A stretch of 64,000 nt of DNA from the NCBI GenBank assembly GCA_950097015.1, contig CATNEN010000038.1, positions 22,568,001 through 22,632,000 of the forward strand, given 5' to 3'. Origin of the DNA: Macrostomum hystrix. Its lineage: Eukaryota; Animalia; Platyhelminthes. Below, one piece after another: positions 51,705 to 64,000 of the stretch; the first letter of the stretch is position 1, and the number at the start of each line of letters is the position of its first letter. The notes below the pieces were generated by a model, which saw only the letters and a list, made by a program, of their open reading frames with translations, searched no databases and was not told the DNA's origin. Position numbers and translations under genes: made by a program.

Positions 51705-51945
51705 ATTCGGCACATGCTCACACGGTTGTGTACACCTGCCCTGACTTTCTCATCGTCAGGCAGTGTACACTTCTCTGTGCCATGGAGGTTGGCCCTCAAG
51801 GGCGTCAATTGCACGACAAGCCCCCAAGCCTTCTCTCTGCGGCTGCGCCCCAAATAAACGTGGCCTCGCCGCGGAATCGAGCTCAGGGACCTGAGCGCGA
51901 GAGGCGAAGTCGTTAAACGCCCTGTCACTCAACCTACTCTGGCCA
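51705..51945 (-). mobile_element. tRNA-derived SINE (family 2), most complete copy, with internal hairpin domain
   Basis: B-box-like GAGCTCGATTCC; body shared with 32215-32322 and 61655-61800. Confidence 0.75.
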
Positions 51946-52087
51946 AAGTAGGCCATGTGTAATTTTGGTCCAACTGTGTAACACAACCAGACAAAATATC
52001 ACAGGCATCTGGGATGCTACAAGTGAATTTGCAGCTCTGCTTTTTGTCAGCAATACCAGACAATGGTCAATGATAGCAAGCACGGAG

Positions 52088-52735
52088 TCAGCTGCGGCCG
52101 CCGAACCATGAACGCAGCCAGGAGCTCAAGCCCGTGGACGGCCTCGGTTCCGTTCGACTGTCGGAAATCAGCGGCGATTGGGCGAGGGCGCCGGAACGCG
52201 GATTCTCGCCTAAGCCAGCGCCAGTGTCGTCCTCCGTGGTGACAACCCGACCGTCGGGTGTTTCAACAGTTGTGACACTTCTACGCCGGCCGTCAGGGCC
52301 AATAGTGGTAACAGTCCGGTGCACCGTGCCATCTGGATGCCTGACAGACTGCTCCATCCGGCCGCTGAACCAGCTGCTGAAGTGCCCGGAGTCGTCTTCC
52401 AGCTTCGAATCTGGCTGCGTCTGGCTCGGATAAGAATCGTACAAATGTCGCGACTCGGAGTCTAAATCGACATCGCGACGTTCGGCTGGCAAAGGAATCT
52501 GCGGCAATGGCTTCAATAAACGATCGCGCGGATTGTCCTCAGTTGAAGAAGAAGACGGCGGCGGCAACTGCGGCGCTGTTGGCAGCTGGCCAAACCGAGG
52601 AAAGAGAGGCCACTGCCAGCCGTTGTCGTGCCGACTATCGTCAGTGCCGGGGCCAATCAGAAACGAGTCCATCTGGCGCATGATTTCATCCATTTGGCGA
52701 AAAATTGAATCGAAATTCGGAGGGCCTTCGTTCAT
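52088..52735 (-). CDS. HAX1: HCLS1-associated protein X-1 homologue (~215 aa, single coding exon as seen)
   Basis: FDSIFRQMDE..PRDRLLKP..DVDLDSE..RHPDGTVHRTVTTIGPDGRRRSVTT..WLRSWFG matches the HAX1 motif order I recall (LRDSMLK, DNDLDSQ, KPDGIVEERRTVVDSEG, GRWF). First in-frame ATG is at 52735. Confidence 0.82.
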   Translation of the reverse strand: MNEGPPNFDSIFRQMDEIMRQMDSFLIGPGTDDSRHDNGWQWPLFPRFGQLPTAPQLPPPSSSSTEDNPRDRLLKPLPQIPLPAERRDVDLDSESRHLYDSYPSQTQPDSKLEDDSGHFSSWFSGRMEQSVRHPDGTVHRTVTTIGPDGRRRSVTTVETPDGRVVTTEDDTGAGLGENPRSGALAQSPLISDSRTEPRPSTGLSSWLRSWFGGRS

Positions 52736-52786
52736 GATGACGATGCGATTTTTTAAGGCGGCTGGAATTTTTTTCGATTCGATTGT

Positions 52787-53035
52787 TTCCTGGAAAGGCC
52801 TCGGAGTTGCAATACGCACACAAGGGTATTCCAGGAATTTTAAGGCTTCAATTTGCGTTTCTTAGAAAAAGCGTAGGAGAAAATATACTTTCCTAGAAAT
52901 GCGTAGGAGAACAATATTTCCAGGAATTGTTAGGGGGGGAATGTAGAGTTTCCTAGAAATACAATGTGCCGAATTTTCTTGGAATCTTCGTAAACTATTT
53001 GCGAGGGAATTAAAATTTTCTTATTATTCTAAGAA
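52787..53035. promoter_or_regulatory. Cluster of 8 TTC(N3)GAA palindromes upstream of HAX1
   Basis: Sites start at 52787, 52829, 52859, 52890, 52918, 52950, 52976 and 53027. Confidence 0.5.
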
Positions 53036-53477
53036 AGATTCTTTAATATTAGAAATTTATTACAGACAGCACACATTAACATTGCGAATTAGAAACGATT
53101 TATATTCCGATTATACTTGTTATTTATTATTAATCGCAGCATGGCTGATATTACACACAATTTCTTTAGCCGCTGCTAGTAAAGTAAAGAATTAAAGTAC
53201 AAAGCCAGTGTATAAAGCCACAAAATTAAAAACAACGGACGCTTTGCAGGAGCACAAAATATATTGACTTCTGATTAGTCAGATCTTGCAGGAAATTTGT
53301 CCAGGGAAGAGAGAGGGGCGGTAGAAAGGTAAAAGAAGTTATTCATTTAAAAAAGCATGTTTGAGTATTTACTATGACGCAATGACAGGCTTACACAAAG
53401 ATTCGATAAAGATACATTATGTTTGACATTGGGCTTATGAAAATCTATGAATTAGGCAGCAAAAAAAACTCTAAATA

Positions 53478-53935
53478 GCTGCGATTCTAGGTATTTTCCT
53501 GCTTCGATTCTAGCTACGGATCTTGCTTCGATTCAAGGCACGACCCTAGCTGCGATTCTAGCTTCAGATCCTGCTGCGATTCTAGCTACGGATCCTGCTG
53601 CGATTCAAGCTACGGATCCTGCTTCGATTCTAGATACGGCTCCTGCTTCGATACTATCTACGGATCCGGCTGCGGATCCTGCTTCGATTCTAGAAACGGA
53701 TCCTGCTTCGATACAAGCTACGGATCCTGCTGCGATTCTAGCTACGGATCCTGCTTCGATTCTAGATACGGATCCTGCTTCGATACTAGCTACGGATCCT
53801 GCTTCGTTTCTAGAAACGGATCCTGCTTTGATACAAGCTACGGATCCTGCTGCGATTCTAGCTACGGATCCTGCTTCGATTCTAGATACGGATCCTGCTT
53901 CGATTCTAGTTCCGACCCTAGCTGCAGCTCTAGAT
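53478..53935. repeat. 24-bp minisatellite (GATCCTGCTTCGATTCTAGCTACG)
   Basis: Visible tandem array built from two 12-bp halves. Confidence 0.92.
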
Positions 53936-54414
53936 TTAATATTTGGTTGTACCATACAAGGCTTTGGAAAAAAAACATTTTTAATAATAAGAAGGCAGAC
54001 AAACACACGGTAGACACAATAGGCACAAGATCGCGGCAGAGAAAGGTAAAACGAGCGAAAATAGTTATTGGGTTGATTAGAAACAGTTAAATCGAAAGCA
54101 TGCAAATCAAACTTAGGCCTAAAAAACAAAAGCCTTAGAAAAAAGCAACATAAGAAAGGTAAATTAATATTTAAGCAAGAAATCTTTAATACGAATAAAT
54201 AAATTTTGTATGAATCTAAAAAATAAAAAACTGCAATTTGTTTTATAGCTAAAAATTTTTAAAATAGGGTCATAGGTTCTATTTATTAATAAAAACAAGG
54301 GACCAATTGCTGAGAAGGTGGAGAAAAATTATTTGGTATTTACCTCTGGATAAATAGGTAGATATGAGTATATTAACAAGTGCGCAAATAAATTATCGAT
54401 CTACAAGTCGAATC

Positions 54415-56070
54415 GGTTCCTGCGGCAATTCTAGCTACGATTCCTGTAGGGATTCTGGCTACGATTCCTGTAGGGATTCTAGCTACGATTCCTGTAGGGA
54501 TTCTAGCTACGATTCCTGTAGGGATTCTAGCTACGATTCCTGTAGGGATTCTAGCTACGATTCCTGTAGTGATTCCAGCTACGATTCCTGTAGGGATTCT
54601 AGCTACGATTCCTGTAGGGATTCCAGCTACGATTCCTGCGGCGATTCTAGTTACGGTTTCTGCGGCAATTCTAGCTACGATTCTTGTCGTGATTCTAGCT
54701 ACGATTCCTGTAGTGATTCTAGCTACGGTTCTTGTAGTCATTCTAGCTACGATTCCTGTAGTGATTCCTGCGGCGATTCTAGCTAAGATTCCCGTAGTGA
54801 TTCCAGCTACGATTCCTGTAGGGATTCTAGCTACGATTCCTGTAGTGATTCCTGCGGCGATTCTAGCTAAGATTCCCGTAGTGATTCTAGCTACGATTCC
54901 TGTAGGGATTCTAGCTACGATTCCTGTAGTGATTCCTGCGGCGATTCTAGCTACGATTCCCGTAGTGATTCCAGCTACGATTCCTGTAGGGATTCTAGCT
55001 ACGATTCCTGTAGGGATTCTAGCTAAGATTCCTGTAGGTATTCCAGCTACGATTCCTGTAGGGATTCTAGCTACGATTCCTGTAGTGATTCCTGCGGCGA
55101 TTCTAGCTAAGATTCCCGTAGTGATTCCAGCTACGATTCCTGTAGGGATTCTAGCTACGATTCCTGTAGGGATTCTAGCTACGATTCCTGTAGGTATTCC
55201 AGCTACGATTCCTGCGGCGATTCTAGTTACGGTTTCTGCGGCAATTCTAGCTACGATTCTTGTCGTGATTCTAGCTACGATTCCTGTAGTGATTCTAGCT
55301 ACGGTTCTTGTAGTCATTCTAGCTACGATTCCCGTAGTGATTCCAGCTACGATTCCTGCGGCGATTCTAGCTACGATTCCTGTAGTGATTCCAGCTACGA
55401 TTCCCGTGGCGATTCTAGCTACGATTCCTGTAGTCATTCTAGCTACGATTCCTGTAGGGATTCTAGTTACGATTCCTGTAGTCATTCTAGCTACGATTCC
55501 TGCGGCGATTCTAGCTACGATTCCTGTAGTGATTCTAGCTACGGTTCTTGTCGTGATTCTAGCTACGATTGTTGTCGTGATTTTAGCTACGATTCTTGTC
55601 GTGATTCTAGCTACGATTGTTGTCGTGATTTTAGCTACGATTCTTGTCGTGATTCTAGCTACGATTCTTGTCGTGATTCTAGCTACGATTCTTGTCGTGA
55701 TTCTAGCTACGATTCTTGTCGTGATTCTAGCTACGATTGTTGTCGTGATTCTAGCTACGATTCTTGTCGTGATTCTAGCTACGATTCTTGTCGTGATTCT
55801 AGCAACGATTCTTGTCGTGATTCTAGCAACGATTCTTGTCCTGATTCTAGCTACGATTCTTGTCGTGATTCTAGCTACGATTCTTGTCGTGATTCTAGCT
55901 ACGATTCTTGTCGTGATTCTAGCTACGATTCTTGTCGTGATTCTAGCTACGATTGTTGTCGTGATTCTAGCAACGATTCTTGTCCTGATTCTAGCTACGA
56001 TTCCTGCGGCGATTCTAGCTACGATTCCCGTAGTGATTCTAGCTACGATTCCTGTGGCGATTCTAGCTAT
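54415..56070. repeat. 24-bp minisatellite (GATTCTAGCTACGATTCCTGTAGT), related to the 53.5-kb array
   Basis: Visible array sharing GATTCTAGCTAC; occasional extra 12-bp half-units. Confidence 0.94.
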
Positions 56071-56684
56071 GGGTCATGTAACGATTCTGGATAATTAATA
56101 TACAAGCAAAGATGAAAACTGCTAATCGGTTATAACAGCAGTTTTATTTAGATTGGTAAGCACAAACGAAGACCAAAAAGAAAGTGCAACGGGTTTGGAT
56201 CAATAACTCGATACATTTTCTACAATGCTTAGGATTGACAACGACTTTCTTACTGGCCGTTGCTTGTACCAGTGCTATAAAACTTAAGCACAGCATGCAA
56301 TAGTACTACTATTATTTAGAGACATGCAGAAATAAATAAATAAAAGAATAATATATGAATATCTGGCCACAGTACAGTTTCTATAAACAGAATCTGAATT
56401 TATATTATCTGACAGGATCTCTATGCTTCAATAAAAAAAGTTTCAACTAAACTGTAACGTAGCTGTTATAGCCACAGTTAGACATAGGGCGGCTGGATAA
56501 AGTCATTAGGGCCGAATAAGAACATTTACACGCGCAAGATAAAAATAAACACGAGTTATTGTTTAATATGGACGAATAGACTGGCCCTCTAAACTTATGA
56601 AGCACTGAAGGCTGAGTAACTAGATGCCCGCACTCTGAAACTATAATTCCGTTAATTATTATCACCAATCGATCGATAAAACGA

Positions 56685-59600
56685 TCAATACTTGACGTGT
56701 CCGGCGCCGCCACCAGCACCGCTGGCAGTTGTTGTCGATTTCGCAAGTTGGGCGACTAAATCGCCGGCGTCTTGAAGCCGACGCTGCAGCTCCCCAGCTA
56801 TCGCGGGCACTTCCTTCAACTGTTGGTCCAGCTGACTGACCGTGTCTTCTAGTTGCTATGGAGACAATTAGATTGTGAGACGAAAATCTGTGCTACAATT
56901 CGCTGAAACAAATCAATAATTCTATAAATGACCCAAACTGAATAATAACTAATTGCTTACCTTAATTCTAGTCTTTAGCATAAAATTCTCTTTTTCCAAT
57001 TGAGCCACCCGGTTATCGGATTCGGACTTAGGAAAAGAAATTGCGGTTGCATATTTGCACTAATGAATGCAGAAAAAGGATGCAAGAATACAAATAATTA
57101 CAATGAAAAAGCTCATTGACAAATCAATATATAGGGACAGACATTCGAGGTAACAAACTCACAGATGTGAGAGCAGTAAAAAGCATATGGACAGTGACCA
57201 GATAAATAGACAGACACAGATTACCACAGACACAGATTACCAGACAGACACAGATTACCACACAGACACAGATTACCAGACAGACAGACACAGATTACAA
57301 GACAGACACAGATTACCACACAGACACAGATTACCACACAGACACAGATTACCACACAGACACAGATTACCAGACAGACACAGATTACCAGACAGACACA
57401 GATTACCAGACAGACAGACACAGATTACAAGACAGACACAGATTACCACACAGACACAGATTACCACACAGACACAGATTACCAGACAGACACAGATTAC
57501 CAGACAGACAGACACAGATTACAAGACAGACACAGATTACCACACAGACACAGATTACCACACAGACACAGATTACCACACAGACACAGATTACCAGACA
57601 GACACAGATTACCAGACAGACACAGATTACACAGACAGACACCGATTATTAGACAGACACAGATTACCACAAAGACACAGATTACCACACAGACACAGAT
57701 TACCACACAGACACAGATTACCAGACAGACAGACACAGATTACCACACAGACACAGATTGCCACACAGACACAGATTACCACACAGACACAGATTGCCAC
57801 ACAGACACAGATTACCAGACAGACACAGATTACCACAAAGACACAGATTACCAGACAGACACAGATTACCACACAGACACAGATTGCCACACAGACACAG
57901 ATTACCACACAGACACAGATTACCAGACAGACACAGATTACCAGACAGACAGACACAGATTACCACACAGACACAGATTACCAGACAGACACAGATTACA
58001 CAGACAGACAGACACAGATTACACAGACAGACACCGATTATTAGACAGACACAGATTACCACAAAGACACAGATTACCACACAGACACAGATTACCACAC
58101 AGACACAGATTGCCACACAGACACAGATTACCACACAGACACATATTACCACACAGACACAGATTACAAGACAGACACAGATTACTAGACAGACAGACAC
58201 AGATTACCACACAGACACAGATTACCACACAGACACAGATTACCACACAGACACAGATTACCACAAAGACACAGATTACCACAAAGACACAGATTACCAC
58301 ACAGACACAGATTACCACAAAGACACAGATTACCACAAAGACACAGATTACCAGACAGACAGACACAGATTACCACACAGACACAGATTACCACACAGAC
58401 ACAGATTACCACACAGACACAGATTGCCACACAGACACAGATTACCACACAGACACAGATTGCCACACAGACACAGATTACCAGACAGACACAGATTACC
58501 AGACAGACAGACACAGATTACAAGACAGACACAGATTACCACACAGACACAGATTACCACACAGACACAGATTACCACACAGACACAGATTACCAGACAG
58601 ACACAGATTACCAGACAGACACAGATTACCAGACAGACACAGATTACACAGACAGACACCGATTATTAGACAGACACAGATTACCACAAAGACACAGATT
58701 ACCACACAGACACAGATTACCACACAGACACAGATTACCAGACAGACAGACACAGATTACCACACAGACACAGATTGCCACACAGACACAGATTACCACA
58801 CAGACACAGATTGCCACACAGACACAGATTACCAGACAGACACAGATTACCACAAAGACACAGATTACCAGACAGACACAGATTACCACACAGACACAGA
58901 TTGCCACACAGACACAGATTACCACACAGACACAGATTACCAGACAGACACAGATTACCAGACAGACAGACACAGATTACCACACAGACACAGATTACCA
59001 GACAGACACAGATTACACAGACAGACAGACACAGATTACACAGACAGACAGACACAGATTACACAGACAGACAGACACAGATTACACAGACAGACACCGA
59101 TTATTAGACAGACACAGATTACCACAAAGACACAGATTACCACACAGACACAGATTACCACACAGACACAGATTACCAGACAGACAGACACAGATTACCA
59201 CACAGACACAGATTGCCACACAGACACAGATTACCACACAGACACAGATTACAAGACAGACACAGATTACTAGACAGACAGACACAGATTACCACACAGA
59301 CACAGATTACCACACAGACACAGATTACCACACAGACACAGATTACCACAAAGACACAGATTACCACAAAGACACAGATTACCACACAGACACAGATTAC
59401 CACAAAGACACAGATTACCACAAAGACACAGATTACCAGACAGACAGACACAGATTACCACACAGACACAGATTACCACACAGACACAGATTACCACACA
59501 GACACAGATTGCCACACAGACACAGATTACCACACAGACACAGATTGCCACACAGACACAGATTACCAGACAGACACAGATTACCACAAAGTCACAGATT

Positions 59601-62300
59601 ACCAGACAGACACAGATTGCCACACAGACACAGATTGCCACACAGACACAGATTACCACACAGGCACAGATTACCACACAGACACAGATTACCACACAGA
59701 CACAGATTACCACACAGACACAGATTACCACACAGACACAGATTACCAGACAGACAGACACAGATTACCACACAGACACAGAATACCACACAGACACAGA
59801 TTACCACACACACAGATTACCACACAGACACAGATTACCACGCAGACACAGATTACCACACAGACACAGATTACCACACAGACACAGATTACCAGACAGA
59901 CAGACACAGATTACCACACAGACACAGATTACCACAAAGACACAGATTACCACAAAGACACAGATTACCACACAGACACAGATTACCAGACAGACAGACA
60001 CAGATTACCACAAAGACACAGATTACCACACAGACACAGATTACCAGACAGACAGACACAGATTACCACACAGACACAGATTACCACAAAGACACAGATT
60101 ACCACAAAGACACAGATTACCACAAAGACACAGATTACCACACAGACACAGATTACCAGACAGACAGACACAGATTACCACAAAGACACGGATTACCACA
60201 CAGACACAGATTACCACAAAGACACAGATTACCACACAGACACAGATTACCACAAAGACACAGATTACCACAAAGACACAGATTACCACACAGACACAGA
60301 TTACCACACAGACACAGATTACCAGACAGACAGACACAGATTACCACACAGACACAGATTGCCACACAGACACAGATTACCACACAGACACAGATTGCCA
60401 CACAGACACAGATTACCAGACAGACACAGATTACCACAAAGACACAGATTACCAGACAGACACAGATTGCCACACAGACACAGATTGCCACACAGACACA
60501 GATTACCACACAGACACAGATTACCAGACAGACACAGATTACCACAAAGACACAGATTACCACACAGACACAGATTACCAGACAGACAGACACAGATTAC
60601 CACACAGACACAGATTACCACACAGACACAGATTACCACACAGACACAGATTACCACACAGACACAGATTACCACACAGACACAGATTACCACACAGACA
60701 CAGATTACCAGACAGACAGACACAGATTACCACACAGACACAGATTACCACACAGACACAGATTACCACACAGACACAGATTACCAGACAGACAGACACA
60801 GATTACCACACAGACACAGATTACCACACAGACACAGATTACCACACAGACACAGATTACCACACAGACACAGATTACCAGACAGACAGACACAGATTAC
60901 CACACAGACACAGATTACCACACAGACACAGATTACCAGACAGACACAGATTACCACACAGACACAGATTACCACACAGACACAGATTACCACACAGACA
61001 CAGATTACAAGACAGACACAGATTACCAGACAGACAGACACAGATTACCACACAGACACAGATTGCCACACAGACACAGATTGCCAGACAGACAGACACA
61101 GATTGCCACACAGACACAGATTGCCAGACAAACAGACTCTTGAGGCACTCACCGGCCTGGCCACGGGACCGGCCCTCAGTGCCTGATTCTCTCGCTCAGC
61201 CTTCTGCAGGCTGATGTTAGCCTGTTGCAGCTGAGCAGTGAGCCGGTCAATCTCGCCTCGACTGGCCCAGTCTGAGGTGGCGCGGTGCTCAATAGCTGAC
61301 TCGCTAGCGGCAACCGCACCGTCGTTGCTAGCCGCCTGGGGATGCTGTACAGGCTGCTCGTACTCGCTGAGGCCGCCGCCGCCGCCGTACATCTGATTCT
61401 GAGGCTGCTGCTTACGCATTCGACGCGTGTGATCCAGAGCCTGGCAGAACTGCTCAACAAACCTTAGTAGCCATTCGAAAAATAATCAAATTATTAGTCT
61501 TTAAACTTTTTTGTACATAGGAAGCTTTTGATTTTACTGATTCACAATCTAAATTAGGCCTAAGATCTAGCAAGGTCTAAATCTAAATTACTATATTAAG
61601 AATCCTAAATTAAGTCACGATTTAATTAAATTAAATTAAATCACGGGGGTGAGTGGGGGCGCAGGTGCAGAGAGAAGGCTTGGGGGCTTGTCATACAATT
61701 TACAACCTTGAGGGCCAACCTAAAAGGCACAGTGGGAGTGCACACTGCCTGACGATGAGAAAGTCAGGGCAGATGTACACACCTTGAGTGAGCGTGTGCC
61801 TGCGTACGGTATCTGTGTGCGTGTGTGCTCAGTAGTCAGCGAAAAGGGGAGAACTGTATCGTATCACCAAATTATGTGCCATTGCATGCAGCACTACTGT
61901 AATAATTCTTATTATTTATTCACCTTTAACACACACCTAAATTTTAATCCTTATCTTCAAGTTCAGTAATACTTCAAAAATGTTTTTAACACACCTGTCA
62001 AGATCCGCTTCATTAGCAAAGCCCAGGCCATAGACAGTGCCAGAATTGGTATCGGCCCATTGTCCAAACTTTTGTGAAGTCTTCTTAAATGACATTTTCT
62101 CTGTCATAATGCTGTTAATTGGCATTTTTTTACTCGGATCCTGCGCTGCGTCGTCTATGCTTAAAATTCGATATTGCTCGCGAATTCGATCGAAAAAGAA
62201 TGACACCTTGATTGCCTGAGTACTGGCTGGCAACCAGGTCTTCTTTGTTCTCGGATCAATAGTGAACACATGTGCATTGCATGTGTAGATCGGGGACTCC
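56685..62300 (-). CDS. homer: Homer family scaffold (EVH1 + coiled coil); exons 62300-61995, 61462-61153, 57026-56961, 56855-56685 (TGA); first exon not located
   Basis: ESPIYTCNAHVFTIDPRTKKTWLPAS..SFKKTSQKFGQWADTNSGTVYGLGF is the Homer EVH1 signature. All junctions are GT-AG and phase-consistent (306, 310, 66, 171 nt). Confidence 0.93.
57208..61137. repeat. 18-bp minisatellite (ACAGACACAGATTACCAC) with extra GACA units, filling a Homer intron
   Basis: Visible array; 4-bp insertions cause the frame switching seen in the ORF track. Confidence 0.96.
61655..61800 (+). mobile_element. SINE family 2 body fragment (5'-truncated) in a Homer intron
   Basis: GGGGCGCAG..GCAGAGAGAAGGCTTGGGGGCTTGTC..CCTTGAGGGCCAACCT..ACACTGCCTGACGATGAGAAAGTCAGGGCAG matches the reverse complement of 51705-51850. 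Confidence 0.75.
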
Positions 62301-64000
62301 CTAATTATTGGAGGTTGAAGAACTTGGTACATGTCTCTCAGTTAATATTCTGCTATTATGTACACTATTTCACACTTCAGTGTGACTTCACAGTTATATA
62401 CATTAACTTTGGAAAATGTTGGCATAGTCTCTTTTACCTCAATTTAAGCCTACTCAATCAAATACAAAAATATTTTAAAGCTAAATTTAATTATAATGTT
62501 TGCTTCAAAACTTCTTTCAACCATAGCCAGCTAGGTTATCGTATGCAAAGAGTGAGTGATAAAAACATTTGTTAGTTAGCTAAGTTTCTTTTAAAGGCAT
62601 AAAATACACTTTTAAACTGTTATAACTTTGGCAATTTCTTTCTAAGGACTATTATACTACAAAACTGACTTATTTGTTTTAACAAAGCTTATAGCTAGCT
62701 AGATAAAGGGTAGGCAATTAGTACTGTAATATGTTGGTATCTTAATTAGTAAGATTATATGTTTTTTATAGTCAATGATAACAGAAAAAAGTATTACTAA
62801 AAATATGAACTTTTTGTCTAAAAATACATTTTTTGAAGTATAAATTTACAGCTTTTAATAGCTTTGATTTTTATGCTTTTAAGTGTTACTTAATTTTTTC
62901 AATATCTCTAGCTTTTAAGCACTTTTTACTAAGTAAAATTGCAAAAATGATCATGAAATACATTTACATAGCAAGAGACAAGCTATGAGTAATGGCTTAT
63001 CAAAATTATCCAATTTTTCTAAATAAATATCCTGATTGGGTTTGCCTGATAAAATACTTGGATACTTGAATACTTAAAACATATTTATTGATTTTAGCTT
63101 GCTACTAACAAATCAACAGAATTACTAAACAGTAATCTTAGTCTTCTCAGATCATTATTTTGATATATGTAATATAGATGCATATTAATATTGATACACC
63201 AAAATATAAGCAGTAATTGTCTAAATATTTAAGATTTGTTACAAACCAAGATTTAATGACAATATAAAGTTATAAAGTTAATGTTCATTCTTTTGCTGAT
63301 CAGCAAAATTTTTATTTCTTTTTGTTCATTATGATTCATTAGCTAGCTTATGAAACATCAAATCTTAGGCCCATAAAAAATTTCTGGTCTGTTCGTCTAC
63401 TGCCATCTCATCTGCTATTAACTTGTCTTAAAAAGAATCTTTGTACAAACTTGTCTGCCATAAAGACATTAAAATCAAGTTGTCTGCTATGGCTTTTATC
63501 ATTGAAAAATGATAGACTGTATTGCCATGATGAGTTAAATAAGTGTATGCCAGGGAAGCTTGTGAAAATCTGGTTTGGTACCTGGACACTTTGTTATCTT
63601 ACAACTTTGTCATCCAGATGACAATCTGTCCAATATCTCAAAGGGTGGATAACAAAGAGACTTAGACTTGTGGACACTTTGTTATATATAAAACAATTTT
63701 TTTCAAAGTTAGAACAGAACCACCCCTCCACACATCATGTTGGTACCTGTCTTTCAACTCTTATAGTGAAATCAGTTTTTTCAAAACAAATTTCCCTCAC
63801 TTTATTCCAAACGAAGCAAGCACAAAAGTACCTCCATATCCATATCCCACCCTTCAAGTTTTCACATCTATATCAAGTTGTACATGTATGTAGAAGCATC
63901 CGTTAATTGAGTCTACCAACTACAATGCTTGGATTATTAGTAGATTATGAACTGACCAAACTTTAAAGCAAGCCAATTGGCTGGATAACAAAGTGTCCTA

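Noticed and set aside
51735-51775. CTGACGA..GAAA..GTC as a hammerhead ribozyme or SECIS element
   Set aside because: Only 3 nt between CUGANGA and GAAA and no room for stem III; no SECIS quartet/AA spacing. A simple hairpin fits better.
54364-56098. Long hydrophobic or Cys/Ser-rich ORFs (509, 370, 140 aa)
   Set aside because: They coincide with a 24-bp tandem repeat, are open in several frames, and have no unique coding flanks.
57187-61186. TDTDYH / HRLP / TQIT ORFs up to 657 aa
   Set aside because: Intronic 18-bp repeat with 4-bp insertions that switch frame constantly.

Overview
Eukaryotic (metazoan) genomic DNA with GC-rich spliced exons in AT-rich, minisatellite-dense surroundings. The style resembles a free-living flatworm such as Macrostomum, but that is inference only. 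Five protein-coding genes can be read by hand: the 3' part of TSNAXIP1 (+, 756-6071), a 5-exon gene for an unknown N-acylated (MGNIC) protein (-, 11189-15301), a 2-exon coiled-coil gene (-, 31521-32801), HAX1 (-, 52088-52735) and Homer (-, 56685-62300, first exon not found). About 28 kb is a non-autonomous Helitron-like family (5'-TC...hairpin-CTAG-3', A|T target) carrying 23-bp and 18-bp minisatellite arrays as cargo. It occurs as a minus-strand chimeric dimer (15788-28789) that splits a tRNA-derived SINE, and as a plus-strand head-to-tail trimer (33333-48859). About ten further unrelated minisatellites fill introns and intergenic space, and most share a GATT/GAWTC core. Nearly all long low-complexity ORFs in the track are artefacts of these repeats.
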